Shown: in pieces, positions 25,312-34,846 of the stretch
Position numbering within the stretch: position 1 is the first letter of the stretch
Layout: every line of letters starts with the position of its first letter
Assembly: GCA_963726105.1 (NCBI GenBank)
Contig: CAVSBJ010000018.1
Location: forward strand, 2,419 to 66,418
From: an uncultured Alphaproteobacteria bacterium
Lineage (GTDB): Bacteria > Pseudomonadota > Alphaproteobacteria > Rhizobiales > Beijerinckiaceae
Direction: 5' to 3'
Length of the DNA stretch: 64,000 nucleotides
The notes under the pieces: generated by a model
Seen by the model: only the letters and a program-made list of their open reading frames with translations
What the model was told of the DNA's origin: nothing
Databases searched by the model: none
Position numbers and translations under genes: made by a program

Positions 25312-25399
25312 CGCGACTCGACGAAGCTTTCGCCTGTCTCAAACTTCGATATGGGCCTTGAGTGGGAACACCGGCCGCGACTTTTTGCTTGACTTACCC

Positions 25400-25441
25400 A
25401 TAGCCCGATGGTTATGAATTTATTTATAGCCCCACGGTTAT
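25400..25441. promoter_or_regulatory. two copies of a 16-bp dyad (candidate ArsR/SmtB operators) upstream of arsR-family gene
   Basis: ATAGCCCGATGGTTAT (25400-25415) and ATAGCCCCACGGTTAT (25426-25441), each followed by GAAT. TTGACT is at 25389-25394, and the ATG is at 25450. Confidence 0.5.
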
Positions 25442-25449
25442 GAATCCCG

Positions 25450-25773
25450 ATGCCAGATGCCCAGGACATGCTTTTCCGGACGCTCGCCGACCCGACGCGG
25501 CGGGCAATCTTCGAACGTCTTTGCCGCGAGGGCGAGCAGACGGTCGGGGCGCTGACGGCTCAAGCCGGAATCTCGCAACCGGCCGTCTCGAAACATCTTC
25601 GGGTGCTGAAACAGGCCGGCCTGGCGCGCGACCGCCATCAAGGCCGACAGACCCATTATCGCGCCGAGGTGCGCGCCTTGAGCCCGCTGATCGACTGGAC
25701 GAGCCAGATGAAGGGCTTTTGGGAGAGCCGGCTCGACGGCCTTGAAGATCTGCTCAAGAGGATGGATCAATGA
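25450..25773 (+). CDS. ArsR/SmtB family transcriptional regulator
   Basis: 107-aa ORF. LADPTRRAIFERL..VGALTAQAGISQPAVSKHLRVLKQAGL is a winged HTH. Confidence 0.9.
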   Translation: MPDAQDMLFRTLADPTRRAIFERLCREGEQTVGALTAQAGISQPAVSKHLRVLKQAGLARDRHQGRQTHYRAEVRALSPLIDWTSQMKGFWESRLDGLEDLLKRMDQ

Positions 25774-26208
25774 ACGAGCAGATCGCTGCGATGCGTTCCA
25801 TTGTCGTCGAGCGGGTCATGCCGCATCCTCCTGATAAGATCTGGCGCGCCCTCACCGAGGCGCATCTGATCGAGCAATGGCTGATGACAAACGACTTCGA
25901 GCCGCGGCTCGGGGCTGAGTTCATGTTCCGGGCAAAGCCGATGGGCGACTGGGACGGCACGGTCCGTTGCGCGGTGACGGCCTTCGATCCGCCGCGAAGG
26001 CTCGCCTATGCCTGGAAAGGCGGGTCTGTGAGCAATTCCACTTATGGCAGCGCGCTCAATAGCGTCGTCGAGTGGCTTTTGTTCCCGGACGCGCGTCCGA
26101 ATGGAGCATTCGGGCTTCGGGCCGCAGAACGAAACGGCCTTTGAAGCGATGTCTGGCGGTTGGCCGCGCGGACTGGAGCGCCTGGAGCAGGTCTCCGCGA
26201 CGGCGTGA
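25770..26208 (+). pseudogene. SRPBCC (AHSA1-like) family gene with a frameshift near 26085-26090
   Basis: Frame 0 reads ..IVVERVMPHPPDKIWRALTEAHLIEQWLM..NSVVEWLLFP. The +1 frame continues TRVRMEHSGFGPQNETAFEAMSGGWPRGLERLEQVSATA* (stop 26206-26208), matching the C-terminus of the downstream paralogue. Confidence 0.7.
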
Positions 26209-26238
26209 CTGACCGAACAAGCCAAATAGGAAGGACGA

Positions 26239-27090
26239 ATGAGGAAACCCGCGACCAAAGCGAACCCAACCGTCGAAGCCTCCCAGTTGATCGATGCGAG
26301 GATCGAGGAGCTCAACGACTGGCGTGGCGCGACGCTGGCGCGCGTGCGGAGCCTGATCAGGGAGGCCGATCCGGGAGCGGTCGAGGAATGGAAGTGGAGA
26401 GGAGTCCCGGTGTGGTCGCACGGCGGTATCCTCTGCACCGGCGAGACCTACAAAACCGCGGTCAAGCTGACTTTCGCCAAGGGCGCCGCGCTCGACGATC
26501 CCTCTCGCCTCTTCAACTCGAGCCTTGAGGGCAATACCAGGCGGGCCATCGACATTCATGAGGGCGAACCCATCGATGGAGAGGCGCTGAAGGCGCTCAT
26601 TCGCGCCGCCGTGGCGCTGAACACGTCAAAACGACCCCGCCGCTCGCCCGGCCCGTTCGAAGACATGAAGGATGGATCCATGACCGATGCCGCCAGCGAA
26701 ACCCGCACCGTCGTCGTCGAACGCGAAATCCCCTATCCGCCGGAGAAGATCTGGCGTGCGCTCACGCAGCCGCATCTGATCGAGGAATGGCTGATGAAGA
26801 ACGACTTCGAGCCCGCCGTTGACCACAAGTTCAACCTTCGCGGCGACTGGGGCGCCGTCGACTGCCAGGTCCTGAAAGTCCTACCGCACCGGACGCTGTC
26901 CTATAGCTGGGCCGCGCATGGGCTCGAAAGCGTCGTCACCTGGACACTCACTCCAACGAGCAAAGGCACGACTCTGCGCATGGAGCAGTCGGGCTTCCGG
27001 CCGGATCAGGAGCGGTTCTACCAGGGCGCCAAGATGGGCTGGAGCAACTTCTTCGGCAAGCTCGAGCAGGTCTTGGCGCGGACCGATTGA
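26239..27090 (+). CDS. DUF1801 (YdhG-like) domain fused in-frame to an SRPBCC/AHSA1-like domain
   Basis: 283-aa ORF with a GGAAGGA RBS. The N-terminal half (..WKWRGVPVWSHGGILCTGETYKTAVKLTFAKGA..) looks like DUF1801. The C-terminal half (from ATG 26680, preceded by AAGGA) is an SRPBCC paralogue of 25770-26208. Confidence 0.8.
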   Translation: MRKPATKANPTVEASQLIDARIEELNDWRGATLARVRSLIREADPGAVEEWKWRGVPVWSHGGILCTGETYKTAVKLTFAKGAALDDPSRLFNSSLEGNTRRAIDIHEGEPIDGEALKALIRAAVALNTSKRPRRSPGPFEDMKDGSMTDAASETRTVVVEREIPYPPEKIWRALTQPHLIEEWLMKNDFEPAVDHKFNLRGDWGAVDCQVLKVLPHRTLSYSWAAHGLESVVTWTLTPTSKGTTLRMEQSGFRPDQERFYQGAKMGWSNFFGKLEQVLARTD

Positions 27091-27341
27091 CGAGCGTCGG
27101 AGCCCTTTGAAGCCAGGCCGACTCCTGGGGATCGCTATCGCAGGCAATCCCCCTTGACCCAGAGACTATGTCCGATAGCATGCTCTCGGATCCGCGAGTT
27201 TGGGATGTCCCCAGCACTTTTTCTACTTCACGACAGGCCAGCCTGGGTGGGACTTCAGGCAAAAGTTCCCCAACAGGATTGTTGGTTATCTGGCTTCGGA
27301 CAAGGGCTACCTAGCCCCCTTCGCCAAGGAGGACACGCGCC

Positions 27342-28100
27342 ATGTCGATCGCATCCAGGATATTTCTGGCCGCCACGCTTTCGGCGGGTCTCATGGTTTC
27401 AGGCGGCGCGCAGGCCGCGGTGCAGGGCTTCTCGATAGCCCTTACCGACGTAACGTTTGACCGCGGCAGCAATCTTTCGGCGGAGGCGGCCGCGTTCGGC
27501 GTACCACCAAATCAACTGCCGGCAATACAGCTTCCGAACAACGGATCCTACAACGTGACGGCGACGGGCGATTACACGGTCTCCGACACTCTGCCGCCGT
27601 CGGATAAAGAGGTACTTTGGCAGACGTTCACCCAGATCTCGCTTAACGGCAATCCATTTTTCACGGAAAATGCGCTCCTCGGGCCTGAAAGCCAGGACGA
27701 TATTTGGAGTGGCATTCTCAACATCACGGGGTTAAGCAACGCGCAGCTCTTGTTCCTAAGAGCGGTAATCGTGAACCATAATGTTTTCAGCACTGGCGGC
27801 GAATTCGACTACGCCTATAACCCGCCCCCTACCGCGGGCGATCGGACGACCGGCACTTTTGCTGTCGGCTCCAGCAAGGACCTCGCCATCGAGAACTTCG
27901 GCTCCTACGTGGACCCGTTTGCCGCCTTCGACTCAATCTCTGTTCCTGGCGGCCCAAACGTCTGGTCGCTGACCTTCTCCGCCACCGTCGCCGCTCCTAA
28001 GCCGCCGACCTGGCTCATGCTCATGGCGGGGAGCGCGGGTCTCCTCGTCACCCGAGGTCTGGCGCGCCGCCCGGGAATCGGGCGCCGAGTCCCTGCCTAA
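27342..28100 (+). CDS. secreted hypothetical protein with a degenerate PEP-CTERM-like C-terminal anchor
   Basis: AGGAGG RBS and signal peptide MSIASRIFLAATLSAGLMVSGGAQA. The C-terminus is PKPPTWLMLMAGSAGLLVTRGLARRP. The body of the gene is lower in GC by eye. Confidence 0.7.
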   Translation: MSIASRIFLAATLSAGLMVSGGAQAAVQGFSIALTDVTFDRGSNLSAEAAAFGVPPNQLPAIQLPNNGSYNVTATGDYTVSDTLPPSDKEVLWQTFTQISLNGNPFFTENALLGPESQDDIWSGILNITGLSNAQLLFLRAVIVNHNVFSTGGEFDYAYNPPPTAGDRTTGTFAVGSSKDLAIENFGSYVDPFAAFDSISVPGGPNVWSLTFSATVAAPKPPTWLMLMAGSAGLLVTRGLARRPGIGRRVPA

Positions 28101-28105
28101 GGCGT

Positions 28106-30109
28106 TTACCGCGCCCGGTTTTCGTGGAAGAAATCGTACACGAGCTTCGCCGTCGCGGCGTTGAGGCCGGGTGTCTTCTCGAGGTCCGATAGGCCAGCTT
28201 TCGCGACGTCCTTGGCCGAGCCGAAGGCGAACAGCAGAGCGCGCTTGCGCGACGGGCCGATGCCGGGGATTTCGTCGAGCGGGCTCTTCACGAATTCCTT
28301 CTTGCGCCGCGCGCGATGGGTTCCGACCGCGAAGCGGTGAGCCTCGTCGCGCAGGCGCTGAATGAAGAACAAAGCCGGATCGCGCGGGGTGAGCTTGAAC
28401 GACTCGCGCCCCTCGACGAAGAAGGTCTCGCGCCCCGCATTGCGGTCGGGACCTTTGGCGATCGCGACCAGCCTTATCCCCTCGATGCCGAGCGCGGAGA
28501 AAACCTCACGCGCGGCCTCGAATTGCCCCCGCCCGCCGTCGATGATGACGAGATCGGGCGTGTCGGGAAAGGCGCCAGGTTCGGCCGTCTCGCCCTGCTT
28601 CTTCAGGCGAGCAAAGCGGCGCGTCAGCACTTCGCGCATCATTGCGTAGTCGTCGCCTGGCGTGAGATCCACGCTTTTGATGTTGAAGGTGCGGTACTGG
28701 TTCTTGACGAAGCCTTCGGGGCCCGCGACCACCATCGCGCCGATCGCGTTCGTTCCCATGATGTGGGAATTGTCATAGATCTCAACCCGCCGGATCGGGT
28801 GATCGACGCCGAACGCCTCGCTGAGCGCGGCGATAAGCTTCTCCTGGGTCGCCGCTTCCGCGAGCTTGCGCGACAAAGCCTGTTGCGCGTTGCGCAGAGC
28901 CGCGTCCACCAGATCCTTTTTTTCACCACGCCGCGGCGCGCCGATGGCGATGCGATGTCCAACCCGCGCGCCTAAAACTTCGGCCAAAATCCCCGCACTG
29001 GGGACATTGTGACTCAAGAGCACGAGGCGCGGCGCGGGCCGGTCGAGGTAGAATTGGGCGAGAAACGCGTCGAGCACCTCTTCGCGCGACAGAGCCCTGT
29101 CGGCGCGCGGAAAATAGGCGCGATTGCCCCAGTTCTGATAGGTGCGAAAGAAAAACACTTCGACGCAGAACTGCCCCGCCTCGTCGGTGACCGCGAACAC
29201 ATCTGCTTCGGCGATCGAGCGAGGATTGACGCTCTGCTCGCCCTGAATCGCGGAGAGCGCGCTGATGCGGTCGCGGAGCCGCGCCGCGCTTTCGAAATCG
29301 AGCGCCGCGGCGGCCTCGTTCATTGCGTGGCCCAGACGGCTCTTGATCGCGCGGCTGCGGCCGGACAGGAAATCGCGCGCTTCAGTCACCAGCTTCGCAT
29401 AGTCGTCGAGCCCGATTTCCCCGGTGCATGGCGCCGAGCAGCGCTTGATCTGGTGGAGCAGGCACGGTCGGGTTCGATTGGCGTAAAAGCTGTCCGAGCA
29501 GGTACGCAGGAGAAACGCCCGCTGCAGGGCGTTGAGGGTGCGAAATACCGCGCCGGCGCTCGCGAACGGGCCGAAATAGTCGCCGGCCAGGCTGCGTGCG
29601 CCGCGATGCTTGATGAGCCGGGCCGCCGGATGCCCGGTGCAGATCAGGATATAGGGGAAACTCTTGTCGTCGCGCAGCGTGACGTTGTAGCGGGGCTTGA
29701 GCTGCTTGATCAGATTGGCCTCGAGCAGCAGCGCCTCGGCGTCCAACTCGGTGGTGACGAACACCATCGAATGGGTGAGCGCCACCATGCGCGCGATCCG
29801 GTTCTGCTGGCGCTCCGGGGCCATATAGGCGGCGATGCGCTTCTTGATCGAGCGCGCCTTGCCGACATAGAGCACTTCGCCCTCTTGCCCGATCATCCGA
29901 TAGACGCCGGGCCCGAGCGGCGCATGGCGCCAGAATTCCCGGATCACCTCGGCGCCGCGGGCCACGCGCGCGGGCTCCGCCGGCGGCTCGTCAAGGGTGA
30001 TGTCGAGGGGAGCGGAATCGGGCGCAAGCTCGCGCGCAAGCGCGGCTTCCTCCCGCGCCTCCGCCGCGGGCGCTTCGCCAGGAGGAAAGCTATTCGATAC
30101 GCCGCTCAT
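28106..30109 (-). CDS. uvrC: excinuclease ABC subunit C
   Basis: 667-aa ORF with GIY-YIG ([25 protein letters not shown]), a UVR domain, the RNase H-like endonuclease domain and a C-terminal (HhH)2. Confidence 0.95.
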   Translation of the reverse strand: MSGVSNSFPPGEAPAAEAREEAALARELAPDSAPLDITLDEPPAEPARVARGAEVIREFWRHAPLGPGVYRMIGQEGEVLYVGKARSIKKRIAAYMAPERQQNRIARMVALTHSMVFVTTELDAEALLLEANLIKQLKPRYNVTLRDDKSFPYILICTGHPAARLIKHRGARSLAGDYFGPFASAGAVFRTLNALQRAFLLRTCSDSFYANRTRPCLLHQIKRCSAPCTGEIGLDDYAKLVTEARDFLSGRSRAIKSRLGHAMNEAAAALDFESAARLRDRISALSAIQGEQSVNPRSIAEADVFAVTDEAGQFCVEVFFFRTYQNWGNRAYFPRADRALSREEVLDAFLAQFYLDRPAPRLVLLSHNVPSAGILAEVLGARVGHRIAIGAPRRGEKKDLVDAALRNAQQALSRKLAEAATQEKLIAALSEAFGVDHPIRRVEIYDNSHIMGTNAIGAMVVAGPEGFVKNQYRTFNIKSVDLTPGDDYAMMREVLTRRFARLKKQGETAEPGAFPDTPDLVIIDGGRGQFEAAREVFSALGIEGIRLVAIAKGPDRNAGRETFFVEGRESFKLTPRDPALFFIQRLRDEAHRFAVGTHRARRKKEFVKSPLDEIPGIGPSRKRALLFAFGSAKDVAKAGLSDLEKTPGLNAATAKLVYDFFHENRAR

Positions 30110-30239
30110 GGGGGCCTTATCTAGGCGTTGGCGGCTGCGGTGGGAATAGCGGGAGGGGAGGACGCGTACTGGACGTCAAGGGCGTTTGCGCCTGGCGGTT
30201 GGCGCGAGCGGCTTAACGGTTTATTAACCGTGCTTCGCG

Positions 30240-30830
30240 GTGGCCGACGGGCCCGCGGGCGGGAGTTGGTCAAGCGTGAGTTCAACCATCGGGGACCTGG
30301 TCAGGGCGTTCGCCGCGGGCCTCATTTTGCTGTCGGCGTGCGCGACGCTCGGCGGGTGCAACGATGTCGCCGCCAATCCGCCAAACACGGATGCGCAGGC
30401 GCAGTTCGCCCTGCGCAACGACGCCAACATGGCCGGCGCCACGGTCGCGATCGCGTCGGTCGACGGCGCGCCGGCCGATCTTTCAACCCGCTTGCGCCAG
30501 AGTCTCGACGAGGCGGCCGCAGCCCGTCGGATCGCCGTCGTGGCGCCCGCCAAGGCGCATTACCTTGTGCGCGGCTACGTCACCGCTTCGCTGATTGAGG
30601 GTGGAGCGGAAGTCGATATCGTCTGGGACGTGTTCACGCCGGACAAGCAGCGTACCCAGCGGCTCAGCGACGCGATCGCGATCAAGGGCTCCGGCGACGA
30701 CGCCTGGGCGATGATCGACGATGCGGCGCTGAACAGCGTCGCCGCCAAATGCGCCGACGACCTGGCCGCCTATCTCTCCAATACCCCCGAGGCCGCGCCC
30801 GCGAGCGCAGCCCTCAGCTACGCGCAATAG
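30240..30830 (+). CDS. hypothetical lipoprotein
   Basis: GTG start and lipobox LILLSAC. No recognisable domain. Confidence 0.6.
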   Translation: MADGPAGGSWSSVSSTIGDLVRAFAAGLILLSACATLGGCNDVAANPPNTDAQAQFALRNDANMAGATVAIASVDGAPADLSTRLRQSLDEAAAARRIAVVAPAKAHYLVRGYVTASLIEGGAEVDIVWDVFTPDKQRTQRLSDAIAIKGSGDDAWAMIDDAALNSVAAKCADDLAAYLSNTPEAAPASAALSYAQ

Positions 30831-30980
30831 GCTTTTTCTTGTGGACAGTCGGCCGGCGAACGGCCGTCGCAATACCAGTGTTATGTTGTTCGAGCGTCCG
30901 CGCGCTGCTATGACCCGCCGCGTCCGCGCGCTCAAGCGCGCTCCGAGCGCGCGTTTGGAGAACCGACCGTGCCCGGCACG

Positions 30981-31916
30981 ATGAAGATTTTGGCGGGCAA
31001 TTCCAATCGACCGCTGGCCGAGGCGATCGCCGCCTATCTGGGCGAGCCGCTGACCGGCTGCCATGTCCGGCGCTTCGCCGATCTCGAAATCTTCGTCGAA
31101 ATCCTCGAGAACGTCCGCGGAAGGGACGCCTTCATCATTCAATCGACGTCCTATCCGGCGAACGACAATCTGATGGAACTGCTCATCATGATCGACGCGT
31201 TGCGGCGCGCCTCGGCGCAGCGCATCACGGCGGTCATCCCCTATTTCGGCTATGCGCGCCAGGACCGGAAGCCCGGGCCGCGCTCGCCCATCTCCGCCAA
31301 GCTCGTCGCCAATCTGATCACCCGCGCCGGCGCGGACCGCGTCCTGACGGTCGATCTGCACGCCGGCCAGATCCAAGGCTTTTTCGACATTCCAACCGAC
31401 AACCTGTTCGGCGCTCCAACCATGGTGCGGGACATCCAGGCCCATCACAACGGCAGCAAGAATGTGATGGTGGTGTCTCCCGACGTCGGCGGCGTCGTGC
31501 GCGCCCGCGCGCTCGCCAAGCGCCTCGACGCGCCGCTCGCGATTGTCGACAAGCGGCGCGAACGGGCGGGCGAATCGGAAGTCATGAACGTGATCGGCGA
31601 CATCGCCGGCCGCCATTGCGTATTGCTCGACGACATTGTCGATTCGGGCGGCACGCTTTGCAACGCCGCGGACGCGTTGCTCGAAGGGGGGGCGGCGAGC
31701 GTATCGGCCTATATCACCCACGGCGTGCTCTCGGGCGGCGCGGTCGCGCGCGTCGCCGCTTCGAAGCTCAGCGAACTCGTGCTCACCGACACAATTCAGC
31801 CGACCGAAGCGGTGCGGGTCGCGCGCAACATCCGCGTGATTTCGATCGCGCCCTTAATTGGCGAAGCGATCGGCCGCATCGCCAAAGAGGAAAGCGTCTC
31901 CTCGCTATTCAATTAG
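30981..31916 (+). CDS. prs: ribose-phosphate pyrophosphokinase
   Basis: [17 protein letters not shown].., [20 protein letters not shown] and DDIVDSGGT are present. The tracked ORF begins at GTG 30969, but ATG 30981 fits homologues. Confidence 0.95.
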   Translation: MKILAGNSNRPLAEAIAAYLGEPLTGCHVRRFADLEIFVEILENVRGRDAFIIQSTSYPANDNLMELLIMIDALRRASAQRITAVIPYFGYARQDRKPGPRSPISAKLVANLITRAGADRVLTVDLHAGQIQGFFDIPTDNLFGAPTMVRDIQAHHNGSKNVMVVSPDVGGVVRARALAKRLDAPLAIVDKRRERAGESEVMNVIGDIAGRHCVLLDDIVDSGGTLCNAADALLEGGAASVSAYITHGVLSGGAVARVAASKLSELVLTDTIQPTEAVRVARNIRVISIAPLIGEAIGRIAKEESVSSLFN

Positions 31917-32146
31917 TTTTGGCTGCTTTCTCGGAAGCCTTGAACAGGCTCGGAGCCGAGCAGTCCGCTTCCGGGCGCTGGCTTCCGCTTGCTCTCGGTA
32001 ATTTGCCCGCATAGTCTCGATTCCGTTCTCCGCTGGAAACGGCTCGACCACGCTTGACACTCAACTTGCGGGCGGACCTACTCGACCAGCCGGTTAGATT
32101 CTCGACGCGGGCTCGGGAGCCGCTCGCGCCAAACGGAGGTCTGGAT

Positions 32147-33160
32147 ATGTTCGGTCGCATCACGCTCATGACGACAGCGGCTTTCGCCGGAAGTCTTTTC
32201 GCCTCCGCCTCGGCCTATGCGGCCGACACGATCAAGCCCGCCGTTCTTTATGACCTTGGCGGCAAGTTCGACAAGTCGTTCAACGAGGGCGTGTTCAACG
32301 GCGCGACAAAGTTCAAGAAGGAGACCGGCATCGATTTCCGCGATCTTGAGATCCAGAACGAGTCGCAACGCGAGCAGGTCCTGCGCAAATTCGCCAAGGA
32401 CGGCTTTTCGCCCATCATGACGGTCGGCTTCGCCTGGGAGACCGCGCTGAAGAAGATCGCGCCGGAATATCCCAAGACGAAATTTGGCATTATCGATGAC
32501 GTGGTCGATCTGCCCAACGTCCAGTCGGTCGTGTTCAAGGAGCAAGAGGGCTCGTTCGTGGTCGGAGTGATTGCGGCCGATACGTCAAAGACCGGCAAGG
32601 TCGGCTTCGTTGGCGGCATGGACATTCCATTGATTTCGAAGTTTGAATGCGGCTACGCGCAGGGCGTCAAATACGCCTCCGACGGCAAGGCGGAGGTCTT
32701 CGCCAATATGACTGGCACGACGCCTGCGGCGTGGAACGACCCGGTCAAGGGCGGCGAACTCGCCAAATCGCAAATAGACCGCGGCGCCGACATCATCTAC
32801 GCCGCAGCGGGCGCGACTGGTCAGGGCGTCTTGAAGGCGGCGGCGGACGCGGGCAAGTTCGGCATTGGCGTCAACTCCAACCAGAACGGCCTGTTTCCCG
32901 GCAAAATCCTGACCTCGATGCTGAAACACGTCGACGTCGCGACCTATAAGTCGTTCATGGACGCCAAGAATGGAACCTGGAAGCCCGGCATCCTGGACCT
33001 GGGCCTGAAAGAGGGTGGCGTCGACTACGCCGTCGATGACAACAACAAGGCCATCCTCAGCGCTGAGGTCAGGGCCAAGGCGGATCAGGCGAAAGCAGAC
33101 ATCATTTCGGGCAAGATTCAGGTCCACGATTACATGTCCGACAACAAGTGCCCATCCTGA
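32147..33160 (+). CDS. BMP-family (PnrA/Med-like) ABC transporter substrate-binding protein
   Basis: ACGGAGG RBS before ATG 32147 and signal peptide MFGRITLMTTAAFAGSLFASASAYA. DKSFNEG, VGFVGGMDIP and GIGVNSNQ are present. Confidence 0.9.
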   Translation: MFGRITLMTTAAFAGSLFASASAYAADTIKPAVLYDLGGKFDKSFNEGVFNGATKFKKETGIDFRDLEIQNESQREQVLRKFAKDGFSPIMTVGFAWETALKKIAPEYPKTKFGIIDDVVDLPNVQSVVFKEQEGSFVVGVIAADTSKTGKVGFVGGMDIPLISKFECGYAQGVKYASDGKAEVFANMTGTTPAAWNDPVKGGELAKSQIDRGADIIYAAAGATGQGVLKAAADAGKFGIGVNSNQNGLFPGKILTSMLKHVDVATYKSFMDAKNGTWKPGILDLGLKEGGVDYAVDDNNKAILSAEVRAKADQAKADIISGKIQVHDYMSDNKCPS

Positions 33161-33301
33161 GCGAAGCGCCGTTCGAGGAAGGCCGTTGCTCGTGACCGCG
33201 ATGGCCGGGGTTCATCCGGCCATCGGCGTCGATCTTTGCACGCGATCGTTGTTCTGTGGGCGCCAGGCGATATCAAGTCGTCGCCTCATTGGGACGAGCC
33301 G

Positions 33302-34846
33302 ATGACGACAGTGGCCGTCCCCGCGCCCCCCGCCATCGAACTCATCGGCATCGATAAAAGCTTCGGCCCGGTTCACGCCAACAATGACGTCAATCTGGTC
33401 GTCGAGCGCGGCGTGATTCATGGCATCGTCGGTGAGAACGGCGCCGGCAAATCGACCTTGATGTCGATTCTGTACGGCTTCTATGAAGCCGACAGAGGCG
33501 AGATCCGCGTCAACGGCGAGCCGGTGAGAATCCGCTCGTCGCGCGAGGCGATCAGCCATGGCATCGGCATGGTGCATCAGCACTTCATGCTGGTGCCGCC
33601 GCTCTCCGTCCTCGAAAACGTTATGCTTGGCGCCGAGGGGGGGCCGCTGCTCTCCGAGGGCGCCGGGGCGATCCGCAAACAACTCGGCGAACTCGGGCGC
33701 GAATACGGCCTGGTCGTCGATCCCGACGCCATCGTCGGCGAATTGTCCGTCGGCCTGCAGCAGCGGGTTGAGATTCTGAAGGCGCTGGTGCGCGGGGCCG
33801 AGATTCTCGTGCTTGACGAGCCAACGGCAGTGCTGACACCGGCCGAGGCGGACCAATTGTTCGAGATGCTGCGCGTCCTCAAGCGAGAGAACAAAACCAT
33901 CATCTTCATCACCCACAAATTGCGCGAGATCATGTCGTTGACCGACCGCGTGTCCGTCATGCGGCGCGGGGAGATGGTCGCGACGTTCGAAACAGCGAAA
34001 ACTTCGCCCCCGGAGCTTGCGGACGCGATGGTCGGGCGCAAGGTCATTCTCAAGATTGAAAAAGGCCCGGCGCATCCAGGCGCCATTGCGCTGGAAGCCC
34101 GGAACCTCGTCGTGCGCGACGACCGCGGCGTCGCTCGCATCGACGGCGTCTCCTTCATATTGCGCGAAGGCGAGATCCTCGGCGTGGCCGGCGTCGCCGG
34201 CAACGGGCAGTCCGAACTTCTCGAGGCGCTCGCCGGCATCCGCCCGCTCAGTTCGGGCGAGATCCTGATCGAAGGCAAGCCCATCCCGGCGCAGAAGCGC
34301 AATCCGCACATGGAGCGTCTCCTCGGGGTCGGTCATGTGCCTGAAGACCGCCATCGCGTCGGGCTCGTCATGCCGTTCGAAGCCTGCGAAAGCGCGATGC
34401 TCGGATTTCATCGCGAACCGATCTATGGCAAGGGCCTTTTCTACAGCCGCAGCGCCATCGTGTCCGACGCCGAGAAGAAAATGGACGCTTTTGACGTCAG
34501 GCCGCGCGCCCCGTTGCTCAAAACGGCCAATTTCTCCGGCGGCAATCAGCAGAAGATTGTTCTGGCGCGCGAGATCGAACGCAATCCCAAAATCCTGCTT
34601 GTCGGCCAGCCAACTCGTGGCGTCGACATCGGCGCGATCGAATTCATCCACAAGCAAATCGTCGCCCAGCGCGACGCCGGCAAGGCGGTGCTCTTGGTCT
34701 CGGTCGAACTCGACGAGATCTTCGCGCTTTCGGATCGCATTATCGTGCTCTGCGGCGGCCGCATCACGGGCGAGCGGCGTCCTGACGAGACCAACGCCCA
34801 GGACCTTGGACTCCTGATGGCGGGTGTCAGCGAGCGCGCCGCGTGA
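33302..34846 (+). CDS. ABC transporter ATP-binding protein (duplicated ATPase, nucleoside/sugar type)
   Basis: Two Walker A/signature sets are present (GENGAGKST..LSVGLQQRVEI; GVAGNGQSE..FSGGNQQK). ATG 33302 lies within the tracked ORF 33236..34846. Confidence 0.9.
   Translation: MTTVAVPAPPAIELIGIDKSFGPVHANNDVNLVVERGVIHGIVGENGAGKSTLMSILYGFYEADRGEIRVNGEPVRIRSSREAISHGIGMVHQHFMLVPPLSVLENVMLGAEGGPLLSEGAGAIRKQLGELGREYGLVVDPDAIVGELSVGLQQRVEILKALVRGAEILVLDEPTAVLTPAEADQLFEMLRVLKRENKTIIFITHKLREIMSLTDRVSVMRRGEMVATFETAKTSPPELADAMVGRKVILKIEKGPAHPGAIALEARNLVVRDDRGVARIDGVSFILREGEILGVAGVAGNGQSELLEALAGIRPLSSGEILIEGKPIPAQKRNPHMERLLGVGHVPEDRHRVGLVMPFEACESAMLGFHREPIYGKGLFYSRSAIVSDAEKKMDAFDVRPRAPLLKTANFSGGNQQKIVLAREIERNPKILLVGQPTRGVDIGAIEFIHKQIVAQRDAGKAVLLVSVELDEIFALSDRIIVLCGGRITGERRPDETNAQDLGLLMAGVSERAA

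Noticed and set aside
25187-25417. 76-aa ORF spanning the 22-bp tandem duplication
   Set aside because: It has no RBS and starts inside the receiver gene's 3' end. The duplicated segment would give a repeated peptide with no family resemblance.
32713-32728. TGGCAC-N5-CTGC sigma-54-like motif
   Set aside because: It lies inside the BMP substrate-binding CDS, the -12 element is off consensus (TTGC expected), and no gene start is downstream.
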